Assembly (NCBI GenBank): GCA_963714095.1
Contig: OY970230.1
Coordinates: 134,206-198,205 of the forward strand
Length of the DNA stretch: 64,000 bases
Origin: Candidatus Gottesmanbacteria bacterium
GTDB lineage: Bacteria > Patescibacteriota > Microgenomatia > UBA10105 > UBA927
Direction of reading: 5' to 3'
This document shows, in pieces, positions 48,916-59,546 of this stretch. A model generated the notes under the pieces. That model saw nothing but the letters and a program-made list of their open reading frames with translations. It made no database searches and was not told where the DNA came from. The translations under genes and the position numbers were made by a program. Positions within the stretch are counted from its first letter, which is position 1; each line of letters starts with the position of its first letter.

Positions 48916-49961
48916 ACGGCAGGTATTTTCGTGAGCATGGCAATCCACAGACCGAAAATTGCAAGAATAATGGCGACGACCCACATGCGCATGACGATTT
49001 TCGGCTCCGGCCAGCCGTTGTATTGGAGCCACAAATGAAACGGGGCGACTGAAAATGTTTTTTTGTGTAAGAACTTTTTCGATAATAACTGCACAAGAGA
49101 TGATGCGACCTCTATCACAAAAATACCGCCGATCACAACCAGAGCAGGCGCTTTCCCCAGAACAAGACCCACAACCGCCATTGTGGCTCCGAATGAAAGG
49201 GCCCCCACATCTCCTAAAAATATACGCGCCGGATAGATATTGAAATATAAAAAAGCGATGAGGCTTCCGAGCCAAATAGCGATAAACACAGAAAGCGGAG
49301 TATCCAGTATCGATGCAGATATTATCCAGAATGCACCGAGGGCTATCATCAAAAGTCCCGATGCAAGTCCGTCCAGGCCGTCGGTAATGTTAAACGCATT
49401 GGCGAATGAGATAATAACAAGAGTCGCAAACGGAATGTACCACCATCCCAGACGCATGATGCCGATAAACGGTACGTAAAAAATATCGATTTTGAGGTTA
49501 TAAATCATCCAGAAACTGATGATGCCGGCAAGAAGGATCTCGAGCAGTAATTTATGCCGCAGGCGCAGGCCGAAAAATTTCGGGGAAATTCCTCCGAACG
49601 TTTTTTTGATATCGTCCAAAAGACCGAGGGCTCCGAACGAAACAAAGGTAAACAGGAGGATTTCAATTTCACCGGCAATCGGGTACACCGCGGTTATCGG
49701 AACCCAGAAGTAGTGCATAAGCAGTACCGCCAGCGGAAAAAGTATTGTCGTGACGGCAATAATCAGTAAGCCTCCGCCCACCGGCGTTCCTGCTTTCTTT
49801 TCATGAAAACTGTCAAATATGGGAGTTCGCCTGTTAAACGCGTCCAGCGTCTTCTGGTGAAGCCGCTGCATGCGCCATTTATAGAGAAGCCGTATAAACG
49901 GAATATAGAGAAGACTACTCACCAGCCATGAAAACAACAGGAGTCCGAACAAAATAACCAT
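48912..49961 (-). CDS. mraY: Phospho-MurNAc-pentapeptide transferase
   Basis: KAGTPVGGG, NAFNITDGLDGL, FLGDVG, APFHL. Confidence 0.95.
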   Translation of the reverse strand: MVILFGLLLFSWLVSSLLYIPFIRLLYKWRMQRLHQKTLDAFNRRTPIFDSFHEKKAGTPVGGGLLIIAVTTILFPLAVLLMHYFWVPITAVYPIAGEIEILLFTFVSFGALGLLDDIKKTFGGISPKFFGLRLRHKLLLEILLAGIISFWMIYNLKIDIFYVPFIGIMRLGWWYIPFATLVIISFANAFNITDGLDGLASGLLMIALGAFWIISASILDTPLSVFIAIWLGSLIAFLYFNIYPARIFLGDVGALSFGATMAVVGLVLGKAPALVVIGGIFVIEVASSLVQLLSKKFLHKKTFSVAPFHLWLQYNGWPEPKIVMRMWVVAIILAIFGLWIAMLTKIPAV

Positions 49962-49965
49962 AGGA

Positions 49966-50322
49966 TTATATATACTGACCAAATATTACGATTGCGACAA
50001 TGACCGCACCGATAGCGGTGGTGAGCATCATGCCGGCAGATACATCTTTGGCAATTTTTGCTTCCTGGCGCCATTCTTTTGTAATCAAATCCGTCATAGA
50101 TTCAATGGCCGTATTGATAAGTTCTGCCGTGAGCCCCAAAACTATAGTGAAAATGATAATTGCCCATTCGGTTCCCGTAATGCCGAAATACACGCTTAAG
50201 CCGATTGCAATTGCGGAAAGTACCAGATGCACACGAAAGTTCGGCTGTGTCCGAAGAGCCCACTCAAGACCGGCAAAGGCATGTTTGAACGAAATCGTGT
50301 GTTTCCGTATGATTTCCTTCAT
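49966..50322 (-). CDS. dgkA: Undecaprenol/diacylglycerol kinase
   Basis: SFKHAFAG, ELINTAIE, AKIAKDVSAG; start at ATG 50322. Confidence 0.88.
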   Translation of the reverse strand: MKEIIRKHTISFKHAFAGLEWALRTQPNFRVHLVLSAIAIGLSVYFGITGTEWAIIIFTIVLGLTAELINTAIESMTDLITKEWRQEAKIAKDVSAGMMLTTAIGAVIVAIVIFGQYI

Positions 50323-50363
50323 AACTATATAAAAGTATAACGGCTGGCTCAACAAATTACAAA

Positions 50364-51353
50364 TCAATACCCTTTTAATTGTTTTCTGATACTCTCTATC
50401 GTTTTCGGTATTACGTAGAATGGTGACACCGGATAGTCCTGCGCATGCATAAACTCCATCTGCCGACCCCCAAACCCTGTTTTGAACAACGTTATACCCC
50501 GCCACGGGTGATTCTCCTTACCTTCCGGCGCTATACCCCAAAAATTGTACAGTTTTTTGCCCCGTTTCTTTGCCTCACGGATTGCATCCCACTGAATAAG
50601 GTACGAGGCCGGGATCTTCGATTGAATTGATGCGCCATGATGATAAATCGCCTGTTCACCCCAAAAGAGAACAATTGCAGACGCAAGTACTTTTTTCTCA
50701 AATATCGCGCTGAATACAACTGCATCAGACCCGAATGTTTTCACTTCTTCGGCAATCCCCGTGTGCCGGACGAACCCATGACGCTCGGATGTTTCTCCGT
50801 AAAGAGCAAAAAAATCGTCCAAACCGGCCTCTTTCACGATGGTGACTCCTACCTTTTGAGCGCGCTTTATTTCGTAACGCGTGGTTTTTCTCATGCCGGC
50901 CAATAGTTCTTCCTCGCTTTTGTCCAAATCCAAAACCCAGCAAAGCTCCGCGTCCATTGCGTGAATCGGGGCACTGTGCAATCCCAAATTTCTGTAAAGT
51001 TCCTTATTCTCAGCCGTAATTTCCAACAACGGGCTTATCCGAATAAACCAGGCATGTTCCTTTTTCGCGAGATTTTGGAGATCACGAAGTACCGTTTTAA
51101 AATATTTTTTGTTTTGAACAATCGGCCCGTGCCGCACGTGCAAAAACGTGCCGCGGCGGGCTGTCACTTTCTGAACCTGCGCAACTGCAATAAGATTATT
51201 GCCCTCATACCATCCGAATCGCCACAACGCATGATTTCCTGCTTTGACCACCTCACCCCACGTCCAACTCTGAAATAACGCCATGGGGGAATATTTTTTT
51301 AAAAACGAATCCCACGTGCTTTGGGACGAAATCTCCTTTAAGAGGTATGCCAT
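50364..51353 (-). CDS. FemABX/MurM peptidoglycan bridge aminoacyltransferase
   Basis: LFQSWTWG, RKTTRYEIKRA, YNFWGI, FKTGFGG. Confidence 0.88.
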   Translation of the reverse strand: MAYLLKEISSQSTWDSFLKKYSPMALFQSWTWGEVVKAGNHALWRFGWYEGNNLIAVAQVQKVTARRGTFLHVRHGPIVQNKKYFKTVLRDLQNLAKKEHAWFIRISPLLEITAENKELYRNLGLHSAPIHAMDAELCWVLDLDKSEEELLAGMRKTTRYEIKRAQKVGVTIVKEAGLDDFFALYGETSERHGFVRHTGIAEEVKTFGSDAVVFSAIFEKKVLASAIVLFWGEQAIYHHGASIQSKIPASYLIQWDAIREAKKRGKKLYNFWGIAPEGKENHPWRGITLFKTGFGGRQMEFMHAQDYPVSPFYVIPKTIESIRKQLKGY

Positions 51354-51910
51354 AGTTTTATTGTATCACCTGAGTCTCCGTGTCCGGAAAAAAATTTCGT
51401 TTTCGGGGGCAGCGCAAGAATTTTGTTTATAGACTGGGATAACGCTGTTTTATCGGAATATTGGTGATCTGTACTCCCCACTGCACCACCTGCAAAAATA
51501 GTATCGCCGGTAAAAACGACGCCGTCTCCAACCAAACAAACACTTCCCGGTGTATGACCCGGGGCGTGCATAACGGTAAAATCCCCAATCTTATCTTCTT
51601 CTGTAATATAGCTGGTAATTTTCGGTGGAGGATCTGTAACAATATGCAAAAAATGTTTTGCGCTTGACTGCATAGTTTTAACAAGAAATGCATCTTTTTC
51701 GTGAATAACAAACGGAATATTGTACGCAAGCTGCAGCGCATACGAGGCCATGATGTGATCAAAATGCCCGTGGGTCGCCACAATCATAATAGGTTTCGTT
51801 TGGAGATGCCCCATAATATATTCAGCGTCATCTCCTGGGTCTATGATTATTCCGTCAACAATATAACAGTTGGTTGCCATTTGCCCAACAACAAGCGTTT
51901 CTATTCTCAT
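51338..51910 (-). CDS. Metallo-beta-lactamase fold hydrolase (glyoxalase II-like)
   Basis: THGHFDH, PGHTPGS, FTGD, SGHG. Confidence 0.88.
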   Translation of the reverse strand: MRIETLVVGQMATNCYIVDGIIIDPGDDAEYIMGHLQTKPIMIVATHGHFDHIMASYALQLAYNIPFVIHEKDAFLVKTMQSSAKHFLHIVTDPPPKITSYITEEDKIGDFTVMHAPGHTPGSVCLVGDGVVFTGDTIFAGGAVGSTDHQYSDKTALSQSINKILALPPKTKFFSGHGDSGDTIKLWHTS

Positions 51911-53082
51911 AGAACAGCAAGCACCTTTTTTGCTTCACACACTGAAATACGTGTCGGCAGATTGACAATGTGTTCGGCTGCTTTCTCTGCTACGGGACAA
52001 CTGCCCATTTTATACCCGATGTTTCGAAAATCGACGCCTGCCGGATCAATAACATTGTGATACCAATTCCCCAGGAGTATCCCCTGTTTTTTTGCTTTTG
52101 TAATAAAAAGCTCCGGTTGATCGACGAACTTCGGAAAACGTAAATAGGGCTTATCAATGCCGTACATTCTGCTAATTTCCTGTCGCTCTCGAGTGAACCG
52201 TTCAAGTTTTTTCAGCTGTTTTAAGAGTAGTATTGCCAAAGCGTTTGGGTATTTTGCAGGAAAATCATTTGGCTGACGACCGAGCTTTTCTTCACGATAC
52301 ACAGGAAACCCCAAAAATCCCAATCGCTGGAATAAAACAAGCAACGCTTTGCCGATTCCGATCTGGTAGAGAGGCAGAATAATAGCAAACGCCACAGGAT
52401 GGAACAGTTGTTGAAATGTCCACGGCAAAGAAGAATTGTTTAATTTCTTGTGATATGCTTTTAATTTTTCGATTTGAATAGGAAATGTATCCTGTATTGT
52501 AGCCAGCCCTCCGAAAACGCTTGATACGACTTTATCCCGTCCAAAACTATAAAACGCCGCGTCACCGAACGTTCCGATTTTTTTCCCGTTGTACAGGGCG
52601 CCTAATGCATGCGCGCAATCCTCGATAACAATAATATTCTTTTTTTTTGCGATGGAAATAAGTTCGTCTAATTTCGCGGGCATGCCGAATGTATGTTGGA
52701 CGATAACCGCTTTCGTTTTTTTTGTAATTTTTTTCTCTATATCCGCAGGATCCAAATTATACGACCCATCAATATCCGCATACACGGGTGTTGCCCCGGC
52801 CCAACGAACACTGTTTGGCACGGCAACACACGTAAACGCCTGGACCACGACCTCATCCCCGCGCCCGATATTAAAAGCCTTCAAGATTCCAAGAAGCGCG
52901 GACCTTCCGCTGTTAAATGATACAGCACACGCGGCTCCCGAATATTTCCGGAACCACGCTTCAACTTTTCCTACTGCCGATCCGCGTTGCCACACCCATG
53001 GAGCAAATAATAACCGGAATGCAAGGAATACATCATCGGGCTCAGTGTTAGGTGATAGCGAAGCTGAAATTATCCGACTCAT
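51907..53082 (-). CDS. DegT/DnrJ-family PLP aminotransferase
   Basis: NSGRSAL, QHTFG, EDCAHALG, SFGRDK; start at ATG 53082. Confidence 0.85.
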   Translation of the reverse strand: MSRIISASLSPNTEPDDVFLAFRLLFAPWVWQRGSAVGKVEAWFRKYSGAACAVSFNSGRSALLGILKAFNIGRGDEVVVQAFTCVAVPNSVRWAGATPVYADIDGSYNLDPADIEKKITKKTKAVIVQHTFGMPAKLDELISIAKKKNIIVIEDCAHALGALYNGKKIGTFGDAAFYSFGRDKVVSSVFGGLATIQDTFPIQIEKLKAYHKKLNNSSLPWTFQQLFHPVAFAIILPLYQIGIGKALLVLFQRLGFLGFPVYREEKLGRQPNDFPAKYPNALAILLLKQLKKLERFTRERQEISRMYGIDKPYLRFPKFVDQPELFITKAKKQGILLGNWYHNVIDPAGVDFRNIGYKMGSCPVAEKAAEHIVNLPTRISVCEAKKVLAVL

Positions 53083-53798
53083 AATGCATGAAGCCAACCG
53101 GCAATAGAATGATAAAACAATACGGGATTTTTGTACGAAACGCCATGACCGCTGTTGGGTAAAATAATAAGCCCAGCGCCAATAATTGTTTGTTTCATTT
53201 TTTGGGCAACCAGCAGCGGCACGATGATATCGTTGGCCCCCCACACCAGAAGCGTCGGAACACGAACCTTTTTCATGCTTGTGATAAGCTCTTCCTGCAC
53301 GATACGCTTAAATGTTTCCCGCATGACTCCTTCTGCCCGGTAATAATCCCTAGCCCCGACCACATAGTAATACCAGCTACGAACCTTATCACGGAAAAGA
53401 TGCATAAAAGGAATGAAGAAAAATATTTTACCGATCTTTGCGATCGTCACAGCGATAAATATTTTTTTCTTCGCTATCGGGGTATATCCCGGCGTTCCGG
53501 TTAACACCAAGGCGCGGATATTTGCAGGATGCGCAGCCTGATATTTCAGTGCTACCCTGCCGCCGAACGATTGCGCGATGATAATAGGGTGAACGATATG
53601 CTCAGTTTTAAAATACTCATCCAAAAAACTGACGTAATCGGAAAGCTGCAATGGTTTATCAGGAATCTTGCTGTTGCCGAAGCCCGGAAGGTCCGGTGCC
53701 CAAACGGGATACCCGTGCCGTCGCAACTCGCCAACGAGAGGCAAAAACGTACTGCCTGATAATCCCCACCCATGTAACACGACGATCGGATGTTTCAT
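53079..53798 (-). CDS. Alpha/beta hydrolase
   Basis: LHGWG, DLPGFG, AQSFGG nucleophile elbow, GH. Confidence 0.88.
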   Translation of the reverse strand: MKHPIVVLHGWGLSGSTFLPLVGELRRHGYPVWAPDLPGFGNSKIPDKPLQLSDYVSFLDEYFKTEHIVHPIIIAQSFGGRVALKYQAAHPANIRALVLTGTPGYTPIAKKKIFIAVTIAKIGKIFFFIPFMHLFRDKVRSWYYYVVGARDYYRAEGVMRETFKRIVQEELITSMKKVRVPTLLVWGANDIIVPLLVAQKMKQTIIGAGLIILPNSGHGVSYKNPVLFYHSIAGWLHAL

Positions 53799-53803
53799 TA
53801 AAA

Positions 53804-55093
53804 TTATATTTTTTTCCTGAACGATTCGCGGGAAACGGGAGCACGGGTATTATTTTTTGTAATAGTAAATCCAGGCTTGGCAATACAAAACGATTCTTCC
53901 GGAATATCACGGTCCACAACAGCTCCGCTGCCGATAAAGGAATTTTTTCCGATCTTGATGCCCGGCATAATTGATGCGTTGACACCGATCCTCACGCCCG
54001 TACTGATCATAGCGCCTAATTTATTTTTTCCTGTCGGAATTTTTACTTTATCAACAACCGAAAAAATTTCTCCGTCATCAAGCCGGAGATTGGCAAGACT
54101 GGCTCCCGACCCCATGCTGATATTTCCTTCAAGAACGGAATCCCCGATGTAGTTGCTGTGAAACCAGCAGTCATTGCCGATATAACTGCGGGTTACATCA
54201 CAGTTAAATCCGACAACGCTGTTTGCCCCGATATGAGACCCCCGGATAATACAGTTATTTCCGATAATCGTATTTTTTCCTATATAGCATGGCCCAACAA
54301 TTTTTACGTTCTCAAAAATTTTAACGTTGTCTTCGATATACACCGGCCCTTCAATAATGACATTTTTATTTATAACCACGTCTTTGCCTTTATGCTCTTC
54401 CATTCCGTCAAACAACGCATGCATGACATCTAAAACATGCCAGGGATATTTTAATACCGCCCAAGGACCTTCGTATGGAAGAAAAACGAACGTATGATCC
54501 ATCATAAGGCTTGATAATGCTTTTTCGTAAACATCGTCGGATGTACTTTTCGTTTTTGAGATTTCGGTAATAAACGCAGATCCGTCTGCAATATAATGAC
54601 AGACAATATTTGCATAGGCACTCGGTTCACGACCGGCTTCAGGTTTTTCGATAATCCCGGTTACACGATTGCCTGCAAGAGATAAATATCCAAATGGGCC
54701 GTGATTCTGCGCATGCCGGCCGGGAATCACTCCGAATGCGTCTGTCTTACAAATTTGTGTTAAGAGATCAGGATCAACGACATCGTCAACATTCACAATA
54801 AGAATCGGGGAGGTTTTCACGATATCCCGGCAGGCCAGCAGTGCATCCGCCATACCTGTGGGTTCCTTCTGCATAACCGTTGCGGTTTCTATCGGAAAAC
54901 GGAACGAACGAATCGCGGCATTATTTGCAGGGCTGGTCACGATAATCATCCGGGAAACGGAGGCAGGGATATCAGCAATGCTTTGGGCAAACATCGGCAA
55001 ACCGAAAAACGGAAACAGGGCTTTATTGGTTGTAAAAGGCCAAAATCGTTTTCCTGCCCCTCCCGCCAACACTATCATTGTAATATCTTTCAT
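53804..55093 (-). CDS. Bifunctional sugar-1-phosphate nucleotidyltransferase/acetyltransferase (archaeal GlmU type)
   Basis: LAGGAGKRFWP; YPW; hexapeptide repeats; YIGDSV, ANLR.D, KLGA. Confidence 0.85.
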   Translation of the reverse strand: MKDITMIVLAGGAGKRFWPFTTNKALFPFFGLPMFAQSIADIPASVSRMIIVTSPANNAAIRSFRFPIETATVMQKEPTGMADALLACRDIVKTSPILIVNVDDVVDPDLLTQICKTDAFGVIPGRHAQNHGPFGYLSLAGNRVTGIIEKPEAGREPSAYANIVCHYIADGSAFITEISKTKSTSDDVYEKALSSLMMDHTFVFLPYEGPWAVLKYPWHVLDVMHALFDGMEEHKGKDVVINKNVIIEGPVYIEDNVKIFENVKIVGPCYIGKNTIIGNNCIIRGSHIGANSVVGFNCDVTRSYIGNDCWFHSNYIGDSVLEGNISMGSGASLANLRLDDGEIFSVVDKVKIPTGKNKLGAMISTGVRIGVNASIMPGIKIGKNSFIGSGAVVDRDIPEESFCIAKPGFTITKNNTRAPVSRESFRKKI

Positions 55094-55094
55094 A

Positions 55095-56426
55095 TTATTC
55101 CTCCTTCACCCGTTTAATCCGGGCTCCAAGCGCCCCCAGCCGCTCTTCTATTTTCTCATATCCGCGGTCAACCTGCTCAACGCCGTGAACGAGACTTTCT
55201 CCGGGCGCGGACAGTGCTGCCAGTATAAGCGTCGCTCCGGCCCGAAGGTCATCAATCTCGAGTACTGCATTATGCAGCGGTGTCGGACCCATAATTTTAA
55301 TACCCTGATGATACCCTTTCACGCGGTCCGCCCAATTAAAATTGTAAAACGCTTCGGGACCGGCGACCTCCGGATCAAAAAATTCAATAACCGCTCCCAT
55401 CTTCCGTAACTCCGATACATAGGAAAACCTGCTTTCAAATACCGTTTCATGGATAGTTGAGGTACCGTGGGCCTGCGTCATAAGGACCGCCCACGGCGCC
55501 TGCCAGTCCGTCATAAATCCCGGGTGCGGTGCTGTCACGATATCGGTCGCCGAAAGTTTGCCCTTAGAATAATATCGTGTCGTTACGGCATCAATTTCTT
55601 CATACTTCCCTCCTGCCTTTTTATACATATCAAGAAACACACCTAAATTATTCCGCGAAGAATGCGTGACTGTCACATTTCCGCCGGTCATCAGTGCGCC
55701 AACGGCGAACGTCACTTCCTCATTACGGTCCGGCATGATCGAATATTCGGTTCCGTGAAGAAGACTGACCCCATCAATAACAATAGTGCGTGTTTTCACC
55801 CGCCGAACTCGCGCACCCATCTGGTTCAGACACGCAATCAGATCGTCAATTTCAACCTCCTCTGCCGCGTTTTCCAGAACCGTCTGCCCGCGCGCTAGGA
55901 CCGCAGCTAAGAGTAGCGTTTCCGTCCCCGTGTGGGTATTTTTCTCAAACCGTACCGTTGCACCGTGTAGGCCACCCGCTTTTGCATAAAAATAGCCGTC
56001 ATCCGAATGGTATTGAATCTGAGCCCCCATATGCTTCAGGGCACTGATGTGACGGTCAATAGGCCGCGCCCCCAACCTGCACCCTCCCGGATTCGGGGTC
56101 GTGGCCGTGCCGTACCGCGCAAGAAGCGGCCCCAACACCATCGACGACGTCCGCAGCCTCGCCGCTACATCAAGAGGAACTTTTGCATTATGGACGTGAT
56201 TGTGAGTAACGTGAATCGTATGCCCCTCTCGCCTGCTGACAACACCCAGCACCGCAAGAACTTCCAGCATAAGCGTCACATCGCGGATCAAAGGCACATT
56301 ATGAATGACCATCTCTTCGTCGGTCAGAAGTGACGCAACAAGAATTTTAAGCGCCACGTTTTTGGCACCTGCGACAGCAATTTCACCTTTGAGAGGCACT
56401 CCACCCGTAATAATAAACTTATCCAT
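55095..56426 (-). CDS. murA: UDP-GlcNAc enolpyruvyl transferase
   Basis: GAKN, PGGCRLGARPID, HPGFMTD, DLRAG. Confidence 0.96.
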   Translation of the reverse strand: MDKFIITGGVPLKGEIAVAGAKNVALKILVASLLTDEEMVIHNVPLIRDVTLMLEVLAVLGVVSRREGHTIHVTHNHVHNAKVPLDVAARLRTSSMVLGPLLARYGTATTPNPGGCRLGARPIDRHISALKHMGAQIQYHSDDGYFYAKAGGLHGATVRFEKNTHTGTETLLLAAVLARGQTVLENAAEEVEIDDLIACLNQMGARVRRVKTRTIVIDGVSLLHGTEYSIMPDRNEEVTFAVGALMTGGNVTVTHSSRNNLGVFLDMYKKAGGKYEEIDAVTTRYYSKGKLSATDIVTAPHPGFMTDWQAPWAVLMTQAHGTSTIHETVFESRFSYVSELRKMGAVIEFFDPEVAGPEAFYNFNWADRVKGYHQGIKIMGPTPLHNAVLEIDDLRAGATLILAALSAPGESLVHGVEQVDRGYEKIEERLGALGARIKRVKEE

Positions 56427-56428
56427 AG

Positions 56429-57409
56429 TTAAAATTCCCCCACCTGAAGTATTTCTTCACTCAGCGCGACGCCGAATTGTTCCTTAACTCTGGCTCTTAC
56501 AAGCTCGATTAATTGTACCACGTCGCGGGCTCGTGCCCGCCCGCGGTTTATTATAAAATTTGCATGAACGTCGGATATCTGGGCATCCCCCACCCGCACA
56601 CCTTTAAGTCCCGCGTGATCGATAAGAAATCCCGCGGACGTCGTATGATTGGGAGTCCCGGCCACGAGGGCTTCCGCTTGCGAAATATTTCGGAATGTGC
56701 ACCCCGCAGACGGTATGCCCTGCGGCTGCGTTTCTCTCCGATACGCAATACTTTCGTTTGCAATTTTCCACAACCGTTCTTTCGTCTCGGAGCGGAGCGA
56801 AAAAATAACATTCAAAAGAACATCGTTGATCTTTTGAAGACTGCTCGTGTCATACCCAAAATGGAAATATGTATTCGGGACGATTCGGCGGTTGTTTTCA
56901 GAGGTGAGAACCTCAGCTTGATACACAGTATCACCCACGAACGATTGCGGATGTGTCCATTTGGAATTCATAAATATCGCGCCCCCCACAGAGCCGGGGA
57001 GTCCCAAATGCATCTCCAACCCCGCAAGCCCTTCCTCAACGGTGAATCGGACGAATGAGTTAAAAATAACACCGGAATCGGCTTCAACAAATACCAATCC
57101 TCGTTTTGTTTTACCGCCCGTTACTGTACCCTTAATGCCTTTCATCCGTATGCCGCCCGTGCTGTTTTTTATAACCAAACCACGGATCCCGCGGTCTCCG
57201 ACAAGAATATTGGTTCCTCCGCCGAGAATAAACACCGGGACACGCAGGGCGCGGCCCAGTGTTATGGCCCCAACAAACTCATCCGTCGTTTTCGCATCAA
57301 AAAAATAGTCTGCGGGGCCGCCGATTTTAAACGTCGTATACATAGCCAACGGCTCATTCTCTTTCACCCTATTTCCTACATTCTTTTTTAATTCTTCAAA
57401 AATATTCAT
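56429..57409 (-). CDS. murB: UDP-N-acetylenolpyruvoylglucosamine reductase
   Basis: TTFKIGGPA, GGGTN, PGSVGGA, SAGCTFRN, HANF. Confidence 0.95.
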   Translation of the reverse strand: MNIFEELKKNVGNRVKENEPLAMYTTFKIGGPADYFFDAKTTDEFVGAITLGRALRVPVFILGGGTNILVGDRGIRGLVIKNSTGGIRMKGIKGTVTGGKTKRGLVFVEADSGVIFNSFVRFTVEEGLAGLEMHLGLPGSVGGAIFMNSKWTHPQSFVGDTVYQAEVLTSENNRRIVPNTYFHFGYDTSSLQKINDVLLNVIFSLRSETKERLWKIANESIAYRRETQPQGIPSAGCTFRNISQAEALVAGTPNHTTSAGFLIDHAGLKGVRVGDAQISDVHANFIINRGRARARDVVQLIELVRARVKEQFGVALSEEILQVGEF

Positions 57410-57415
57410 ATTGGG

Positions 57416-58816
57416 TTATTTGTGTATTAATCTCTTCCCCCATGTATATATGCTCCCTGCCCCCATAAATATCAGTATATCCTGCGGCTTCAGATGTTGA
57501 TGCAATAAATTTTTTACTGCAGGAAAATTCGGCGCATAAAAAACGTTCCGGTGGTGTTTGGCAGTTTCTTCAACAAGGGTTTTGCCGGAAATACCCAGGT
57601 CGCTCGTCTCACGGGCGGACGAATAAATATCAGTAAGAATTATTTCGGATGCGCCTGTGAAAGCGCGGGAAAATTCGCTCATGAGCGCTTTCGTCCTGGA
57701 ATACGTGTGCGGCTGAAAGACTGCAATAATACGCCGTCCGGGATACCACTCACTGGCGGCTGCGAGAGTCGCCATAATTTCTTTCGGATGATGGGCGTAA
57801 TCGTCAATCACGTGTATATCTCCTATAGCACCAACCGGCTCAAATCTGCGTTTCGTCCCGCCGAATAAACCCAACCCCTTTTTAATATTTTCCCACGACA
57901 CACCTACCTGTCTACACGCAAGCGCTGCAGCAGCGGCGTTGACGGCGTTGTGTCTCCCCGGAACTCGCAGTGTAAATTCTCCGATGCCGATACCCCGCTG
58001 GGACAGTGTAAAGAACGTCCGTTCTTCTCCGAAGTGAACATTGGTCACCTGAAACTCAGATTTTGCAGAAAAACCATAAGAAATATAATTATGTTCCATT
58101 AAAACGCTGCTAGCAGGATCATCGGCATTGACAATGGAACATTTCTGCCCTTTTTGGTTCTTTTGGAGTTGTATAAATGCTTTCTGTACTTCAACCAAAG
58201 ACGCATATGCATCGGGGTGATCAAAATCCACGTTCGTTACCACGAGTATATCCGGCTTCTGCCATAAAAATCGTGGTGTACTGTCGTGCCCCGGGTCTGT
58301 GATGTATTCATCTGCCTCCGCTACAAAAATACCCTTTTTTCCACAGTGGCCGGGAAGTCCTAAACCACGGATTTCTCCGCAACCGATGGCATATGAAGGA
58401 TCAAGATCTGAGTGAGATAGGATTGTGGCAATCATTGCAGATGTTGTGGTTTTCCCGTGTGACCCTGCAACCGATATCTGTATGGCACCCGCCATCACCA
58501 TACCTAATGCCTGCCCGTGCGGTACCACGTTAATTCCCTGCCTTACCGCTTCAACTACTTCACTGTTATCTTTTCCTCCGTGTGCACCGGTGAAAACCAC
58601 CAGATGCGGATGAATACGGGAAATATTCTTTGCATTAAAGCGCAATACGGAAATTTTCGCTTTTGCAAGAACTGCGTCCGTCGGAAACTCTTCCTCCGTA
58701 TCGGAACCGGTAACCACATATCCCGATTCTTTTGCCCACACTGCAAGTGCAGTCATAGCCACACCCTTGACACCCACGAAATGGATACGCTTTATCGTTT
58801 TCCAATTGATATTCAT
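57416..58816 (-). CDS. murC: UDP-MurNAc--L-Ala ligase
   Basis: AGSHGKTTT, EADE, DDYAHHP, FQPHTYSRT. Confidence 0.96.
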   Translation of the reverse strand: MNINWKTIKRIHFVGVKGVAMTALAVWAKESGYVVTGSDTEEEFPTDAVLAKAKISVLRFNAKNISRIHPHLVVFTGAHGGKDNSEVVEAVRQGINVVPHGQALGMVMAGAIQISVAGSHGKTTTSAMIATILSHSDLDPSYAIGCGEIRGLGLPGHCGKKGIFVAEADEYITDPGHDSTPRFLWQKPDILVVTNVDFDHPDAYASLVEVQKAFIQLQKNQKGQKCSIVNADDPASSVLMEHNYISYGFSAKSEFQVTNVHFGEERTFFTLSQRGIGIGEFTLRVPGRHNAVNAAAAALACRQVGVSWENIKKGLGLFGGTKRRFEPVGAIGDIHVIDDYAHHPKEIMATLAAASEWYPGRRIIAVFQPHTYSRTKALMSEFSRAFTGASEIILTDIYSSARETSDLGISGKTLVEETAKHHRNVFYAPNFPAVKNLLHQHLKPQDILIFMGAGSIYTWGKRLIHK

Positions 58817-58820
58817 AGCT

Positions 58821-59546
58821 CTAGAACCGTATTATACCGAGTTGTACGCCAAAAGTTTTTTTCGAGTCTTTCCGGAACGAGTTAAACTCACCAACCTGAC
58901 ATGACGTGCAGGTTACGGGAGCATCAATATGCATCGGAATGATACCCGCGTCCAACAGCTGAACGTAGTTTGCATACCCGATATCCAAATGCCACTCATT
59001 TTTAATTTTTGATGTAATTTTTTCATCCCCACCAAATTTTTTCTGAAATTCCTTTACCCGATCCTCGAGCACGTTGTAGCAACACATCCCGATATGCGGC
59101 CCCACAGACACTCGGATATCTTTCGCCGTACATCTTACGCTGAGCATCGTTTGAATTAGTTCGCGGGCAACGCCGTGGAGGGTCCCGCGCCATCCTGCGT
59201 GGGCGACCCCTATAACGCGGGCAACCGGGTCAACCGCAATCAGCGGCACGCAGTCAGCAAACGAAACGCCCAAAACAACAGGCGATCTGTCGTTTTTAAA
59301 CACCAAACCATCCGTATCTGCAAGTGTTTTTCCGCGATCTTCTTTTGTAACGATTGCCACCTGCACTCCATGGATTTGCCGCGCCATAATGAGATCTTCA
59401 GCGTCTGACCCCACGAGTCGGAGGAACGCTTCGCGGCTTTTATCCGTACGCATATCGCCCAATGTACGGCAGGAATACGCAGCCGTCACAGGTAACAAAT
59501 CAAACGTAGAAATACCATAGATACCGTCTGAATTTTTGTAGATCAT
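58821..59546 (-). CDS. pgeF: PgeF/YfiH peptidoglycan editing factor (polyphenol oxidase family)
   Basis: QIHG, ADCVP, HAGWRG, CTSC. Confidence 0.9.
   Translation of the reverse strand: MIYKNSDGIYGISTFDLLPVTAAYSCRTLGDMRTDKSREAFLRLVGSDAEDLIMARQIHGVQVAIVTKEDRGKTLADTDGLVFKNDRSPVVLGVSFADCVPLIAVDPVARVIGVAHAGWRGTLHGVARELIQTMLSVRCTAKDIRVSVGPHIGMCCYNVLEDRVKEFQKKFGGDEKITSKIKNEWHLDIGYANYVQLLDAGIIPMHIDAPVTCTSCQVGEFNSFRKDSKKTFGVQLGIIRF

Noticed and set aside
48916-49275. Long N-terminal extension on MurI (similar ones on FtsW, DgkA, DegT)
   Set aside because: ORF-caller artefacts overlapping upstream genes; internal ATGs give normal-length proteins.
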